From: Octopus sinensis
Lineage: Eukaryota
Assembly: GCF_006345805.1 (NCBI RefSeq)
Contig: NC_043007.1
Span: forward strand, 33,294,001 to 33,358,000
Direction: 5' to 3'
Length of the DNA stretch: 64,000 nucleotides
Position numbers and translations under genes: made by a program. The notes beneath the pieces were generated by a model that was not told the origin of the DNA, did not search any database, and was given only the letters and a program-made list of their open reading frames with translations. Shown one piece after another: positions 12,635-27,511 of this stretch; the stretch's first letter is position 1; each line of letters starts with the position of its first letter.

Positions 12635-13254
12635 ATATATTTCTATATCTATTTGTGTATATATCATTATTATCATCATCGTTTAACGTCCAATGATATA
12701 TATATATATGTGTGTGTGTGTGTGTATATATAAATACACACAAACATATGCATGTAAGTGTACATATATATGTATACATATTCATGTATGTGTGTACGCA
12801 TGCACACACTCACACACACACACACACTCACACATATATTCATGTGGATGTGTATATATACACATACATATGCATGTGTGCTTGTGTGTATATATGTATA
12901 TATACATTCACAATGATTATGTGTGTGTGTATATATATATATAATGGATATCCGTAATGTATGTATCAATACATATGATCTGCATTAATGTGTGTGTTAA
13001 CATATATTTTTGGATACACATGATGTATGTGTATACACATAACATGTATATATATATTTATATAATATGTGTGTTTACAATATAATGCATGCACACATAC
13101 ATATATGCAAATATATATATATGTACATATGTGTATGTGTTGTCATCATCATCATGCACGTTAAATGATAATGACGATGATGATGATGATGATAATACAT
13201 ACACATGTACATAGTATATGCATAAATATATAGTTATATGCATATGTATATATC

Positions 13255-13555
13255 ACGTGATCACGTGACCGACCAGTCCATGAGATGTAGTTACACATCG
13301 CTGGTCACAATGCGTTCGCATTGTTTTAGCCTTCGAATGATGTCACCCTGCTGGCTAAACGAGCAGGCCAACAGAAGAGTGGGAGAAAGAGTGGTGAAAG
13401 AGTACAGCAGGGATCACCACCCCCTGCCGGAGCCTCATGGAGCTTTTCAGGTGTTTTCGCTCAATAAACACTCACAACACCCGGTCTGGGAATCGAAACC
13501 GCGATCCTACGACCGCGAGTCCGCTGCCCTAACTGCTGGGCCATTGCACCTCCAC
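13255..13555 (-). mobile_element. SINE family C (GGAGGCGCAATGGCCC head, TCACGTGA-type tail)
   Basis: Matches 44400 and 49168. Confidence 0.85.
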
Positions 13556-13576
13556 ATATGTATATATATAGTATAG

Positions 13577-13868
13577 GAGCACTCCGTCGGTTTCGACGAT
13601 GAGGGTCCCAGCTGATGCGATCAACGGAACAGCTTGCTCGTGATATTTACGTGCAAGTGGCTGAGCACTCCACAGACACGTGTACCCTTAACGTAGTTCT
13701 CGAGGTGATTCAGCGTGACACAGAGTGTGACAAGGCTGGCCCTTTGAAATACAGGTACAAGAGAAACAGGAAGAAAGAGTGAGAGAAAGTTGTGGTGAAA
13801 GAGTACAGCAGGGTTCACCACCACCCCCTGCCGCAGCCTCGTGGAGCTTTAGGTGTTTTCGCTCAATA
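13577..13868 (-). mobile_element. Chimeric SINE: family C central module plus tail D, head missing
   Basis: Tail D sequence joined to AAGAGTGAGAGAAAGTTGTGGTGAAAGAGTACAGCAGGG instead of the CORE domain. Confidence 0.7.
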
Positions 13869-14569
13869 GTATATATACATATCTTTAAATGTGTATCTGT
13901 GTTTGTGTTATGCATGCTCACAAAAGCAAGGAGAATGTGAGGGAGAAAATTCAAACTGATAAAGCTGAACATGGAATAATACCGGAGGTTATTATTAGAA
14001 GTATTTAGGAAATCCGCAAATAAGGGACAAAGATGAACAAATATAATATAATATAATAAAATAAAATAAAATATTGCCTACACCACCACTCCTATCACAA
14101 CCTAAAGACTTATTCATACAGATACACATACACACAGACACATATATAAATGCTCCTGCACATATACACACACAATATAAAGATGACAATAAGCAGTTTA
14201 TTTTTCAAATTCTGCATTCCTTTTTGCTTCAGGTACAATAACAAAATATTATAATGATTAATGTATCTTTTATAAAACATTCTTAGAAACATTTTTTTCT
14301 CTATTTTGTCAAAATTCCACTGCTATTACTCATATCACCACCACCCCTACTGCTGCTGCTGCTGCTACTACTACTACTATTATTTCATTGCACAAAGAGT
14401 CACAGGTATGGTTGTGTGGTTGAGAAGCTTGCTTCCCAACCATGTGGTCTTGGGTCTAGTCCTACTGTGTGACACCTAGAGTAAATGTCTTCTAGTATAT
14501 CCCTGGGCTAACCAAACCCTTGAGAGAAACTGAAAGAAGTCCATTGTTTGTGTGTGTATGCTTATTTGA

Positions 14570-14975
14570 CTCTTTGACTCTTTTACTTGTTTCAGTCATT
14601 TGACTGCGGCCATGCTGGAGCACCACCTTTTGCCAAGCAAATCGACCCCAGGACTTATTCTTTGTAAGCCTAGTACTTATTCTATCGGTTTCTTTTGCCG
14701 AACCGCTAAGTTACGGGGACGTAAACACACCAGCATTGGTTGTCAAGCGATGTTGGGGGAACAAACACAGACACACATACACACACACACACATATATAT
14801 ACATATATATATGACGGGCTTCATTCACTTTCCGTCTACCAAATCCACTCACAAGGCTTTGGTCAGCTGGAGGCTATAGTAGAAGACACTTGCCCAAGGT
14901 GCCACATAATGGGACTGAACCCAGAACCATCTGGTTGGTAAGCAAGATACTTACTACACAGCCACTCCTGCACCT
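14570..14975 (-). mobile_element. SINE family A
   Basis: Full-length match. Confidence 0.9.
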
Positions 14976-14999
14976 ATTTGTGCAATAAAATAATACTTG

Positions 15000-15310
15000 G
15001 TGACCCTGCCAGTGCTGGTGCTACATAAAAAGCATCCAGTCCATACTATGAAGTGGTTAGTATTTGCAAGGGCATCCAGCCATAAAAGCCATGCCAGAAC
15101 TGACCTTATTTGTGCTGGTGCCACGTAAAAAGCACTCAATCTGCACTTCAGGCTGGTTGGTGTTAGGAAAGGCATCCAGGTATGAAAACCATGCCAAAAC
15201 AGACACAGTAGCCTAGTGTAGCTCCTGTCAAACCATCCAATCCATGCCAGCATAGAAGATGGACGTTAAATGATGATGATAAGGATGATGATGATGATGA
15301 TGATGATGAT
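15000..15310 (+). mobile_element. Retroposon family E (GGAAGGGCATCCAGCTGTAGAAA core, (GAT)n tail)
   Basis: Further copies at about 24195, 24640(-), 32160, 38878, 40150, 45938(-), 52812 and 61290. Confidence 0.7.
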
Positions 15311-15819
15311 GTTATGCATATGCTCCTGAGTGTATATGTTTGTACCCTTGTCTAAGAATCATGTGATGGTTATAAATAAAAATTATCATCGTACAAGTGA
15401 GGCTGTTCCTTTCAGGTCTTCTATAAACACACATTTCACTATGGGGAAATATTACTTTGCTTGGAAATGGGTGAGAGTCGGCAACAGGAAAGGCATCCAG
15501 TTGTAGAAAATCCACCTCAACAAATTCTATCTGACCCATGTGAGAACAAAAGGTGGACATTGTATAATGATGATGAGTATGCATATAAAATACTGGTTTC
15601 TGTGGCTGCTTTGTGTCCATACTAGCAGTCAGGGTTTTAGACAAGCCTCTTGACAGAAAGTACCTTTCTTAGAATGTGGTTTGTTCTAAGGTGGGTAGAT
15701 TTTTTGGAGCATTCACTTATCTGTCTTGCTGTCCAACCATGTTAGATGGAGTAATACAGTTGAGAATTGACCCTAATGTTCTGATGTTTACTATTACAAC
15801 TTCTGTATTTGTTGCTGGG

Positions 15820-16125
15820 CAACCCCTTAACATATTCTGAAATATACCAGTATAATCATGATAAAAATTTATCTCAATTTATGCCGGTCACTTTGTAAAA
15901 AAATATGGATACATCACTTTAGACAAGTGGTATAATTATGTACCAGAAGAGGCTCTAAACAAACTTAGTAACGAAAAAATTCTATAAGATTTTGACATCC
16001 AGTCAGACAGAACAACAAAATACAACAGACAAGATATAATTATACATGTCATTATAAGAAAAAGAAAAAATGTTTTGTAACAGATGCTACAATTCCTTTT
16101 GATATAAACACTGCAAACCAACAGT
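15820..16125 (+). pseudogene. Non-LTR retrotransposon fragment, restriction-like endonuclease (RLE) domain, R4/Dong-like
   Basis: With frameshifts reads HDK...KKYGYITLDKWYNYVPEEAL...NEKIL*DFDIQSDRTTKYNRQDII...KKKCFVTDATIPFD, matching the RHD...KWYEH.P...KILWDF.IQTD...NRPDI...DIA.P pattern of RLE LINEs. Confidence 0.7.
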
Positions 16126-16329
16126 AAACAAACCTATTATCATTTTTGTTGTTAAGCCATAGCTGAAAGTGTATTAGAAGTGCTGTAAGTTTGTGTCTTG
16201 TTTTACCCTTCCAAAGGGTTGCAGAGTGGGCAGATTTATGTTATCCTGTAGATTCATGAGATACCGGACAGAAGGATGGTTAAATTGTGCCTGATTTTAA
16301 TTGGATCCAGATCTTTTGGTGGGCAAGAA

Positions 16330-16780
16330 CTGGGATGAAGAGACTAGTAGAGTCACCTGTCTCACCCGGAAATAGGCTGAGAGTAACTATCCCTGAAGGG
16401 CCATGCAAATATGTTGAGCACCAACATTATCTCTATCATCTGTTATTACTTGACCATCGTGCCCTGCCCCTGATTATGTCTGATTAGACTGGAACATCTG
16501 TCCTTAAGCCTTCTGAATAAGGTTCATACATGGTTCATATGCTGTCAGTACCTCATAAATAGAGGACTTGGTTTGCTGTAGATGTGCAGTCATGTGCTAG
16601 AGTTATGATATATTCAGCATTACCTTCACAGTGAACAAGAGTGGCTGCTGTTTCTCAGACACATTTTTTCCCCAGGTCATTTCTTTAATAGAGCTGCAGT
16701 CTTTGGCCAGAACACTTGACATCTGGAATATCATGAAGCACTAATTGGGATATGCAGTTGGTGGAAATTCCACATTAGCA
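16330..16780 (-). pseudogene. Heavily decayed LINE (RTE-like) C-terminal remnant
   Basis: Fragments such as TAALLKK* and VMLNIS*L*HMT resemble RTE ...LRMLNISW..HITN; many stops. Confidence 0.3.
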
Positions 16781-17012
16781 TTTTATCATGGATTAATGGC
16801 ATGTTCTGAAACCTCAGGGTGTTTATGAAAATCTACTCTTTGGCCTGTTCTGGAGGACTTCTGTATGAAGTCCTTGGATAATACTTGGCTGTGCCATACT
16901 AGACACTGTCAGTTTGGGATAAACTCTATAGGCACAGCAGTACTATCAGTGGCACTGGATTAACTCATTAAGCCAAATGAGCACATGCTTAGGGCATCAA
17001 GGGACAGGGGCA

Positions 17013-17292
17013 CCGAAAATGTCGCTAGAAGCTAGGATCACCAAGCATAGATTGGCATATTTTGGTCATATTATGCGGAGAAAATCCCTGGAGAAGGACA
17101 TCATGCTCGGAATGGTCAGTGACAAGAGAGGAAGAGGCTGACCAAGAACCCACTGGCTTGACACAATCAAGAGTGATACTGGAATGGACATAGACAATCT
17201 GAAAGAAGCGGCCCAGGATAGAACTGACTGGAGGACACTGATCCATCGAGTAACCGAGAGTCGACTTCGACTGAGCGGATAGATAGATAGAT
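17013..17292 (+). mobile_element. 5'-truncated RTE-clade LINE 3' end with (ATAG)n tail
   Basis: PKMSLEARITKHRLAYFGHIMRRKSLEKDIMLGMVSDKRGRG*PRTHWLDTIKSDTGMDIDNLKEAAQDRTDWRTLIHRVTESRLRLSG*, a typical RTE/BovB C-terminus. Confidence 0.9.
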
Positions 17293-18534
17293 CTCTCTTT
17301 TTGAAGATGTGTGGCCTTGTGCTTATCTTAGAAGTAAAACTCACTTTCACCTGGCTGCTGAGAAAAAGTAGCTTATCATAACTGGGACATAACATAAACA
17401 TGATCAGGATAGATCTTAAAGCTATTTACATAGTGATATAAAGTTGGTCAAGCATATTAATTAAACATATGATTGTAACCTTGGTTTGCACATACGTACA
17501 TCTATATATATATATATATGCACATGCATATAATTATGTATGTATATATGGGTGTATGCATTTATATGTATATATGAATATATATGTGTTTATATGATAT
17601 ATATGTAAATGCATATATGTATATATGTAAATAAATGTGTATATGTATATATAGGTATATATATATAAACATATGTATATATACACATATATATATAAAC
17701 ATATGTGTGTATATATATATACACACCTATCTCACTCTCTCCTCTACACACAAACATATATATATGTACATACACAGATGCACACACACACACAGACACA
17801 CACACACACACATATATATATATACACGTGCATATATGTATGCATGTGTTGTGTGTGTGTGTGGTGTGTGTGTGTGTTATATCTAAGCTCTTCCATAGTG
17901 AAGCTAGAGAATATAGGTTATTTAGTGTGAGTGGCAGAATACACTTTCTACTATTCCAGTGACCTAATATAAGAATCAATACCCATTATTAGGTTGAGTT
18001 ATATGGACTCAAAGAAAATTATTCCAATAAATAAAACAAAAATTAATGCACATGAAACAGCAGACATTGGATATATATATATATATATATATATGAACAA
18101 AAGTACTGTAGGAAACAACAAAAAAAACAAAACAAGAGTAACAATACTTTCTTAGTGACAAGGTTAGAAAATCTGAAGGAAGAGAATAGTCACCTATATA
18201 AACCAACAGTACTTGACTAACACTTAATACGATAACTTATCTCAAGCCATTTATGCCCCTCTGTGGAATTGGTAGTCCAAGGGTTTGGGGAAATTATCCA
18301 TTGTAGCCCTTGTTACTGAGGGTTTTTTTGGTTCATTCACTACTCATGTCCTTAGTATGTAATTTCTGGTGAAGACCTTGGCACATTTATTCTAAAGTCG
18401 ATACCGTAGCTATCCCAACAACACTGGATTTCTTGGTCTAGTCACTATTGGTTATGGCCCGAAAGCCCTCCAAAACAGACCTGCTAGTTCATTCTCATTA
18501 ATGCCTATAGTTTCCCCAAGAACATCATTGCTCT

Positions 18535-18766
18535 AAGGCGGTGAGCTGGCAGAAACATTAGCACACTGGGTGAAATACTTAGCGGTATTTCGTCTGTCTT
18601 TACATTTGGAGTTCAAATTCTGCCAAGGTCAACTTTGCCTTTCATCCTTTCAGGGTCGATTAAATAAGTACCAGTTATGTACTGGGGTCAATATAATCGA
18701 CTTTATCCATTTGTCTATCCTTGTTTGTCCCCTCTATGTTTAGCCCCTTGTGGGCAGTAAAGAAAC
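18535..18766 (+). mobile_element. SINE family B with 17-bp target-site duplication
   Basis: AAGAACATCATTGCTCT at 18518-18534 and 18767-18783. Confidence 0.92.
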
Positions 18767-19207
18767 AAGAACATCATTGCTCTTGCCCACCTCTAGTTCT
18801 CTCTATAATACTAAAGTGGGGCTTCCAGGGATCTGTATTGCTTGATTGTTGATAGAGGGCAGTGAGTACCTGATGACATTCCAGGTGACAGCTACATGGT
18901 TGGCAAATTTGAGAATTGGGGATGGGAGGCATTAGATGATACCATTGACACCAGTACCTGGGTGGTACTTCATTTTATTTATGTGGAAGGATGAAAAAGT
19001 TGACTGTAGTGGAATTTGATCTCAGAATGTAAAGAACTGGAAGAAATACCACAAGACATTTTGCCAACATCTAATAATAAAGAAGATGATGATAATAACT
19101 TCAGATTTTGGCACAAGACCAGCAAGTTCAAGGTAGTGGGTAAGTTGATGACATTGACCCCAGTATTAAACTAGTACTTATTTTATCAACTCCTTAAAGG
19201 ATGGAAA

Positions 19208-19512
19208 TGGAGGCACATGGCCTAGTGGTTAGAGCAGCAGACTTGCAATCGAGGGATCGCAGGTTTGAATCTCAGACTGGGCAATGTGTGTGTTTATGAG
19301 CGAAACACCAAAGCTCCACAAGGCTCTGGCAGAAGGTAATGGCGAATTTCTGCTGACTCTTTCGCCACAACTTTCTCTTACTCTTTCCTCCTGCATCTTG
19401 CAGCTCGCCTGCAACGGATTGGCGTCCCATCCAGGTGAGGGACCTATACACGAAGGAAACCAGGAAACCAGCTCTTATAAGCCAAGCATGGCTCGAGAAG
19501 GAACAAGCAACA
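19208..19512 (+). mobile_element. SINE: family C head and centre with a different (F-like) tail
   Basis: tRNA-like head GGAGGCACATGGCCTAGTGGTTAG, C centre, tail ending GGCTCGAGAAGGAACAAGCAACAA. Confidence 0.7.
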
Positions 19513-21141
19513 AAGGGTGGAAAGTGAAGATGACTTCAGCAGAATCTGAACTCAGAATGTGAATAAGTACCAGTTGCGTTTTGGGATTGATGTCATTGAC
19601 TGTCTTCCTCCAAGAAAAAATGTTGGCTTTGTGCCTCTAGTAAAAAGATTATTATTATTATTTCTTTTTTTTTTTGCCACAAGGCAACAGATAAGAGGAC
19701 CATTAAAAGGACAAACTGCAAATAAAGAGGTAGTTGTTGAGCGGGGTGTTACACAAAATTAAGCATGGGAATAAAAAGGCATATAAAAATCGACCAGACT
19801 ATAGAGAAAGCAAAAATTGTGAAATGTCTCACCCAGCTTCTGTGGAGGGTCAAATCAGGTAAAGCCCCATGGATTACAAATTAACCTTAGTGCCAAAAGC
19901 AGGGACCTAGGAGTTAATTTTGGCCTACAGACACATGCTGTGAGTGATGGTGAGGGGCTGAGAGTTAGTGGGATGGTGCCATTCAACTCAAGTTTATAAT
20001 TTGGATAATTTATTTTACTTTTGGTTTGATGTTTCCGGTTATAGATGAAAGTTAAATGGTGATAAGCGATGTTATGATTGCTGCTGTGATAACAGTGAGA
20101 GCTGTTGGTATTGTTATTGTAGTTGTTTGTGTGTCTGACTTAGTGGAAGAGAGGAAGATATGTCAATAATTAGAGAGATAGAGAAAGGGGAAGGAAGAGA
20201 GAGGTGGGGAGAGAGAGAAGGTTGGTTGGGCATAGAGAGACACATCAAGAGAAAATAAGATGATATATGTATTGCATGTGTCTGAGTGTGAACGTTTGTG
20301 TGTGTGTGTGTGCATGTGTGTTTTTATATATTAGTTTCTGTGTTTATGTTTGTGTGTGTTTGCAACAACAGACATCAAGTGGAGTCTATATATGTAAGTA
20401 AACAAGTCATAATGTGATCAATGGTTATTCCAGTGTTTGATTAGTTATTAAATTCTACATACGCTTTTTGTGTTTTGAGTTCTCTATTGTTGAAATATAA
20501 TTACAACAACAACAACAACAACAGACAAATACAATCAATTGTAGCACAATGGGCAAGTTTATTCTGCTTATTGCCCAGGGTTCCCCAAAGACTTGCAAAT
20601 AAATTTGGCAAAGGGAAACTGAAGAAAGCTAACTGTGTATGTATATGTGTGTGTGCGTGCGTATGTTGTGATACAAGCAGTGTCATTCATTTCCAATATT
20701 CAGCAAGAACATGTTTGAGCATGGGGAAATATTACCTTGCTTGGAAACAGATGAAGGTTGGAGATAGGAAGAGCATCCAGCCATAGAAAATCTGCTTCAA
20801 TAAACTTTGTCAGTCCTGTGCAGGCATGGAAAGTAGGATATTAAAATGAAGATGATGATCATAATATATGTATATATATATATATATACATACATAAAAA
20901 TCTCTGAACGAGGTATAAACAGTAGCTGCATGACAATGTGAAGTATATTTGTCACTTAAATGTGGCTAACCACTAAGAGTGAATGCTACTGTAGCTTGTA
21001 GCCCCAGAAGAACATCTTCTCCAGCTGGCCATAGACACACTTTCAGTGCCCTATCAGTATTTGCAAAGGGAAGCCATCCTTCCCATTGTCGACCTGACGT
21101 GATATGCATGGACCCAGGTTTCTGGGTATTTACCCATTGTC

Positions 21142-21255
<114 letters not shown>

Positions 21256-21844
21256 ATAGTATGTGTGTGTGTATAATGACAAATGCATGCATTTCCACAA
21301 TTCTCAACTGATTTTCTCCTGACTTTACACACATATTACTTATGTCCCAAGGATGGTCATTTAAATTACCAACAACTGTTAGCATTATAGCAAGGCCTTT
21401 ACATAGTTAGGTAATACACCAGTAGTGCCTATGGAACATTTATCCCTTAGACGGTTGCATAACCTCCAACCCATATATATATATATATCATCACTTAATG
21501 ACTGTCTTTCATGCTCTCTCCTCTAAATATATATGATATAGGTAGGTATATGAGTAAGATATGAACTCTGCAAGCCACATTGCCGGCAACTCGTCCAAGA
21601 GTGCAGCAATCCTGAATAAGAATACCAGGTTGAAAGGTCCCTTCAGTTTGCTTACAAAGGACAAAGTCAACCTGACCAGTGCTGGTAACAACAAAAAACA
21701 TAACCATGTCTAAATTGTAAGATATATACAGTGCCAAAGTTGGTTAGTTTTCTCTGTAACATTGTATGCAAGATGGTGCACTATGTACATGACAACTCAT
21801 CCAGCCTATGCTAAAATGATGTTGACGAAGATGATGCACATATA

Positions 21845-22300
<456 letters not shown>

Positions 22301-22794
22301 ATATAGTTATATAAGAAAGGATGGCAGAGAGCCACTGATAGAGAAGATAAACAAAGAGAAATCGAGATTGAAAAGAGAGACAACCAGACAGGAAAATGGC
22401 TGCTAAAGCAACATGGCAGATGGTATTCTAATTAAATTTCTCCGATTTCTTATTATAAGCCATTTGATATGAGATCTAGCATCTCTCTCTCTCTCTCACC
22501 CTCGCTCTATCTGTTTTGCACTCTCTCATTTACTTTCTCCGATCACTGATCAACAAAACTGATTGGGGAAGTGAATCAGTTATTTCCAGCATGTAACTGA
22601 AAGTTTAGGAAGGTGCTTTTGTCGACTCACCAATCATTACAATGTTGGACAAATGCTTTGCATTTGGTATCTATTCCAAATGTTTACGTCCTAAGTTGAA
22701 ATCCCGCTGAGCCAATTTTGGGGTCGATAAAAGGAAATGTCAGTGAATTGCTGGGGTCAATCCATCTCTTTTTCTACCCCTCTCTCAGTTTTGT

Positions 22795-22842
<48 letters not shown>

Positions 22843-22985
22843 AGGATTGGCCATGCTTCATGGAGGACTAGTCACACTATGTCTGTCTTCCAAAAACAAC
22901 AAATTTCAGTTTATCGTAATAGAAGAATATGGTTGCTGAATCTCTGAGAGAGCCTGGTAACAGATGATGATGATGATAATGATGA

Positions 22986-23372
22986 AGGCGGCGAGCTGGC
23001 AGAAACGTTAGCATGCCTGGCGAAATGCATAGCCGTATTTCGTCAGCCGTTACGTTCTGAGTTCATATTCCACCGAGGTCGACTTTGCCTTTCATCCTTT
23101 CAGGGTCGATAAATTAAGTACCAGTTACACACTGGGGTTGATATAATCGACTTAATCTGTTTGTCTGTCCTTGTTTGTCCCCTCTGTGTTTAGCCCGTTG
23201 TGGGTAGTAAAGAAATAGATTATGATGATGGTGATGATGCTTATGACAATGGTGGGTTGATAAAATAAGTACCAGTTACGCACTGGGGTCGATGTAATTG
23301 ACTTAATCCGTTTGTCTGTCCTTGTTTGTCCCCTCTGTGTTTAGCCCCTTGTGGGTAGTAAAAAAATAGATA
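22986..23372 (+). mobile_element. SINE family B plus a second 3'-half copy
   Basis: Full copy 22986-23220; partial copy about 23255-23372. Confidence 0.88.
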
Positions 23373-25255
23373 ATGATGATGATGCTTATGACAATGGCGA
23401 CAAATTGAAAGTTTGGACTTTTCCACTTAACCTCACTCTGAAGCTGCTGTTCTCTCTTTCTATCCCATGTGTATATATGCACGCTTATTTGTGTACATAG
23501 AGAAAGTGAGAGAAAGTTAATCGTACAAGAGGAAACAATTAAATAAGTAAATCGTAAGATAATTTCATGATAATGATAATGATAAGAGTAATTTTTTGTC
23601 ACAAGATATGTTTAACTTCTGAAAGAATTCCATCCTGCAGTTTAAAAAAGAAAGTGTTTAACCAATGTGTGTGTTTGTTAGCAACTTTGGTATGAAAGAG
23701 AGGAGTGTAGAAGGCGGGCCAGAAAAGGAAGAAAAAAAAAAAATCATTAACAATTTGATATGTCATGGAAAGATGAATGTTGATTATCATGTTGAAAGAT
23801 AGAATTAGATGTTTAATGATAAGAAGGAAGGCAGAAATGAGATATTCTTGAAGAGACAGTAAAAATAGTAAAGGTAGGTAGATCATTTAGCCAGAACAGA
23901 AGATGGATGGATAGATGGAAGAAAAAACAAAACATATAGTGGATTCTACGAGAAGAACTGGGAAGGAGGTTTTGATAGAAAAGGAGATGGAGGGCTGATA
24001 TAGAAGGATACATAAAAAACACAATAAGGGAAAGTATGAGACTAGTTTGGACCAGAATGGCAATAGATAGAAAGAAATGGAAGAGACTTGAAGTGGGTTG
24101 CTAAGGTATAAAATAGTAAAGAATGAAAGCATGTTGATTTATTTTGTTCACCTTCTTTTATCATCTATTGTTTCATCGATTTAATCTCTACCTGTGCAGG
24201 TGGCACGTAAAAAGCACCCACTCCACTCGCGGAGTGGTTGGCGTTAGGAAGGGCATCCAGCTGTAGAAACACTGCCAGATCAGACTGGAGCCTGGAGCAG
24301 CCCCTGGCTCCCCAGACCCCGGTCGAACCGTCCAACCCGTGCTAGCGTGGAAAACGGACGTTAAACGATGATGATGATGATTTTCCATGCTTGCAGGGGG
24401 GGGGGTGAAATTTGTTGATGCAGATTTTACTACAGCTGGATGCCCTTCTTGTCACCAACCCTTACCTGTTTCCAAGCAAGGTAATAATATTTCCTCATGA
24501 CCAGACATATTTTAAATTGGAAGATTGGAAACAATGGACACTGCTTGCGTGTCTGTGATGCTCGTTTACAAACTATCACATGATGCATGGCAAGGAGACA
24601 GTAAAACACACACTTACATGCACACACATCATCATCATTATCATCATCATCATCATCATCATCATCATTGTTTCATGTCTGCTTTCCATGCTAGCATGTT
24701 TTGGATGGTTTGACATGGAGCTGGTTAGCAAGGAGCTGTCCAGAATATAGCTGTCTGCTTTCTACATGCTTTCTACAGCTGGATGCCCTTCCTGATGCCA
24801 GCCTCTTAGCAGAGTGTGTTGGGTACTTTTCACCTGCCACTGGCACAGGCGTGTCTACACAGCACTGCCATGAGAGCATTTATACAGCAATGGCATGGAT
24901 ACTTTTTAAGTGGCACCAGCAACTGAAAAGACAAACCTGTATGTGTGGAAGGCATACACACACATGATGGGCTTCTTTCAGTTTCTGTCTACCAACTCCC
25001 CTTGCAAGGGCTTTGTTCACTCCAGGGCTATAGCAAAAGCCACTTGCTCGAGAAGCCATGCAGTGAGAGTGAATCCAGAACCATGGAGTTGGGAATTAAA
25101 CTTCCTACCATTCAGCCATACCAGAATCTGTAAATGATATTTCCTGTTTCTCTAAAATTATAATTACTATTAGAATATTGTCATAATAGGTGGAAGTGGC
25201 AAAGAATAGTTTGATGATGGAGATGTATATTTGGGAGAAAGGAAGAAAAAAAAAA

Positions 25256-25660
25256 GGCGCAGGAGTGGCTGTGTGGTAAGTAGCTTGCTAACCAACCACA
25301 TGGTTCCGGGTTCAGTCCCACTGCGTGGCATCTTGGGCTAGTGTCTTCTGCTATAGTCCCGGGCCGACCAGTGCCTTGTGAGTGGATTTGGTAGACGGAA
25401 ACTGAAAGAAGCCCGTCGTATATATGTTTATATATATATGTATGCGTGTTTGTGTGTCTGTGTTTGTCCCCCTAGCATTGCTTGACAACCGATGCTGGTG
25501 TGTTTACGTCCCCGTCACTTAGCGGTTCGGCAAAAAGAGTCCGATAGAATAAGTACTAGGCTTACAAAGAATAAGTCTTGGGGGTCGATTTGCTCGACTA
25601 AAGGCGGTGCTCCAGCATGGCCGCAGTCAAATGACTGAAACAAGTAAAAGAGTAAAGAGT
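25256..25660 (+). mobile_element. SINE family A
   Basis: Full-length, low divergence. Confidence 0.92.
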
Positions 25661-25904
25661 TAACCACAATGATTAAGAGCTGTGGAGGCTGAGTTGAAGG
25701 TTTTAAGCAAAGAAACAGAATTTGTGTTGCCTGGGATAGTCTTTGAGTTTGCCATGCCTCACCTCATGCAAAACACAAAACACATTTTGTTGGTGGGTCA
25801 ACACATAATGAGTTACTTCTATAAAATAAACTACAATACAAAATTCCACTCAAGTGGACTCATCCTCTTGTCTCCTTTTAGGTACATCAGTGCAAAACTG
25901 CTCA

Positions 25905-26299
25905 GTGGCTGTGTGGTAAGTAGCTTGCTTACCAACCACATGGTTCTGGGCTCAGTCCCACCACGTGGTACCTTGGGCAAGTGTCTTCTGCTATAGCCTC
26001 AGGCCGACCAAAGCCTTGTGAGTGGATTTGATAGACAGAAACTGAAAGAAGCCCATCATGTATATGTATATATATATGTGTTTATGTGTCTGTGTTTGTC
26101 CCCCTAACATCGCTTGACAACCGATGCTGGTGTGTTTACATCCCCGTAACTTAGCGGTTCAGCAAAAGAGACTGATAGAATAAGTACTAGGCTTACAAAG
26201 AATAAGTCATGGGGTCGATTTGCTTGACTAAAGGTGATGCTCCAGCATGGCCGCAGTCAAATGACTGAAATGACTGAAACAAGTAAAAGAGTGAAAGAG
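25905..26299 (+). mobile_element. SINE family A
   Basis: Full-length match. Confidence 0.9.
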
Positions 26300-26719
26300 C
26301 AACTTTAAATTTTTGATAAAATGCATAAAAATTGGAACGAAAATGTTTGAGATTTTGCTTTTATTTTAGATTGATTCAAAAGAGTGTTTAAAGTTTTGGT
26401 TACATATATTGATAAACATACTTTAGAATCAATAAATATATAAGATATTGTTATATTGTGTACATATTGCTGAAATTTTTGTTTGACTTAACTTTTCATT
26501 GATCTATCAACATCTTTGTCCTTCTCATTACTTCTGTGTTTCCATAGTCTCACTTGGTCTGTATGTCTGACAATCTCTCTCTTTTACTCTCTTTCACATA
26601 GTCTTTCACCCTCTTTATCTTTCTCCCCACTTCCGTCTATGTTTTTCTCTGTATCTCTCTTGTTTGATTACTCCTTCAGTGAAAGTGGGAGGGAGAGAGA
26701 GAGAGAAGTAGAGACATAG

Positions 26720-26945
26720 AAAGACATACATACATACATTCATTCATTCATTCATACATACATACATACATACACACATACACACACATATATACATTCA
26801 TACATACATTCATACATACATATATACATGCATACATACATACATTCATACATACGTACATACATACATACACACATAGACACACACATACATACATTCA
26901 TACATACATTCATACATACATACATACATACATACATACATACAT
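26720..26945. repeat. (CATA)n microsatellite
   Basis: Directly visible. Confidence 0.95.
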
Positions 26946-27511
26946 GGATTAATTATGAGAGTATTGAGGAGGGTGGTGGTGTGCAAGGAGGAAGGTAATA
27001 AATCAATAAAGTGTATAAGTTAAACAAAATTACAGTTATGTGTATATAGAAATCAATATACAAATATTTTTTATGTGTATAAAGTCTGCATATTATTTGA
27101 TTTGTAAACAATTCAATTGTCTTATGTCAATAAATCTGCAACCTCCTACATTTACTCACATCATTACTTTGGCAAGTATATCAGTGAAGGTTGTTTGCTA
27201 AAAAGGTCAGAATAAGTTTGAAACATGTTCAGAGTTGTCTCCTCAGGTTTTAGAAAAATTAATATTATGTTTACTATTGGCTGATATTATTTTATACTTT
27301 TTCTTTATTTTTACGTTAACTTTTTTTTTGCTGAATCTGCAGGGCACTTTTGTACTTCCTGCATTAAAGATGTTAATATTAATTTGATGAAAGCTAAGAA
27401 CACCCTAATGTTAAATCATACTTTATTATCATCCTAAAAATAATAGGGGATGAGCTGATAGAATCACTAGAATATCATTCATAATGCTTGGAAGCATTTC
27501 TTTTTGCTTTA

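Noticed and set aside
21561-21713. 50-aa ORF MNSASHIAGNSSKSAAILNK...
   Set aside because: No homology recognised; both strands are similarly open.
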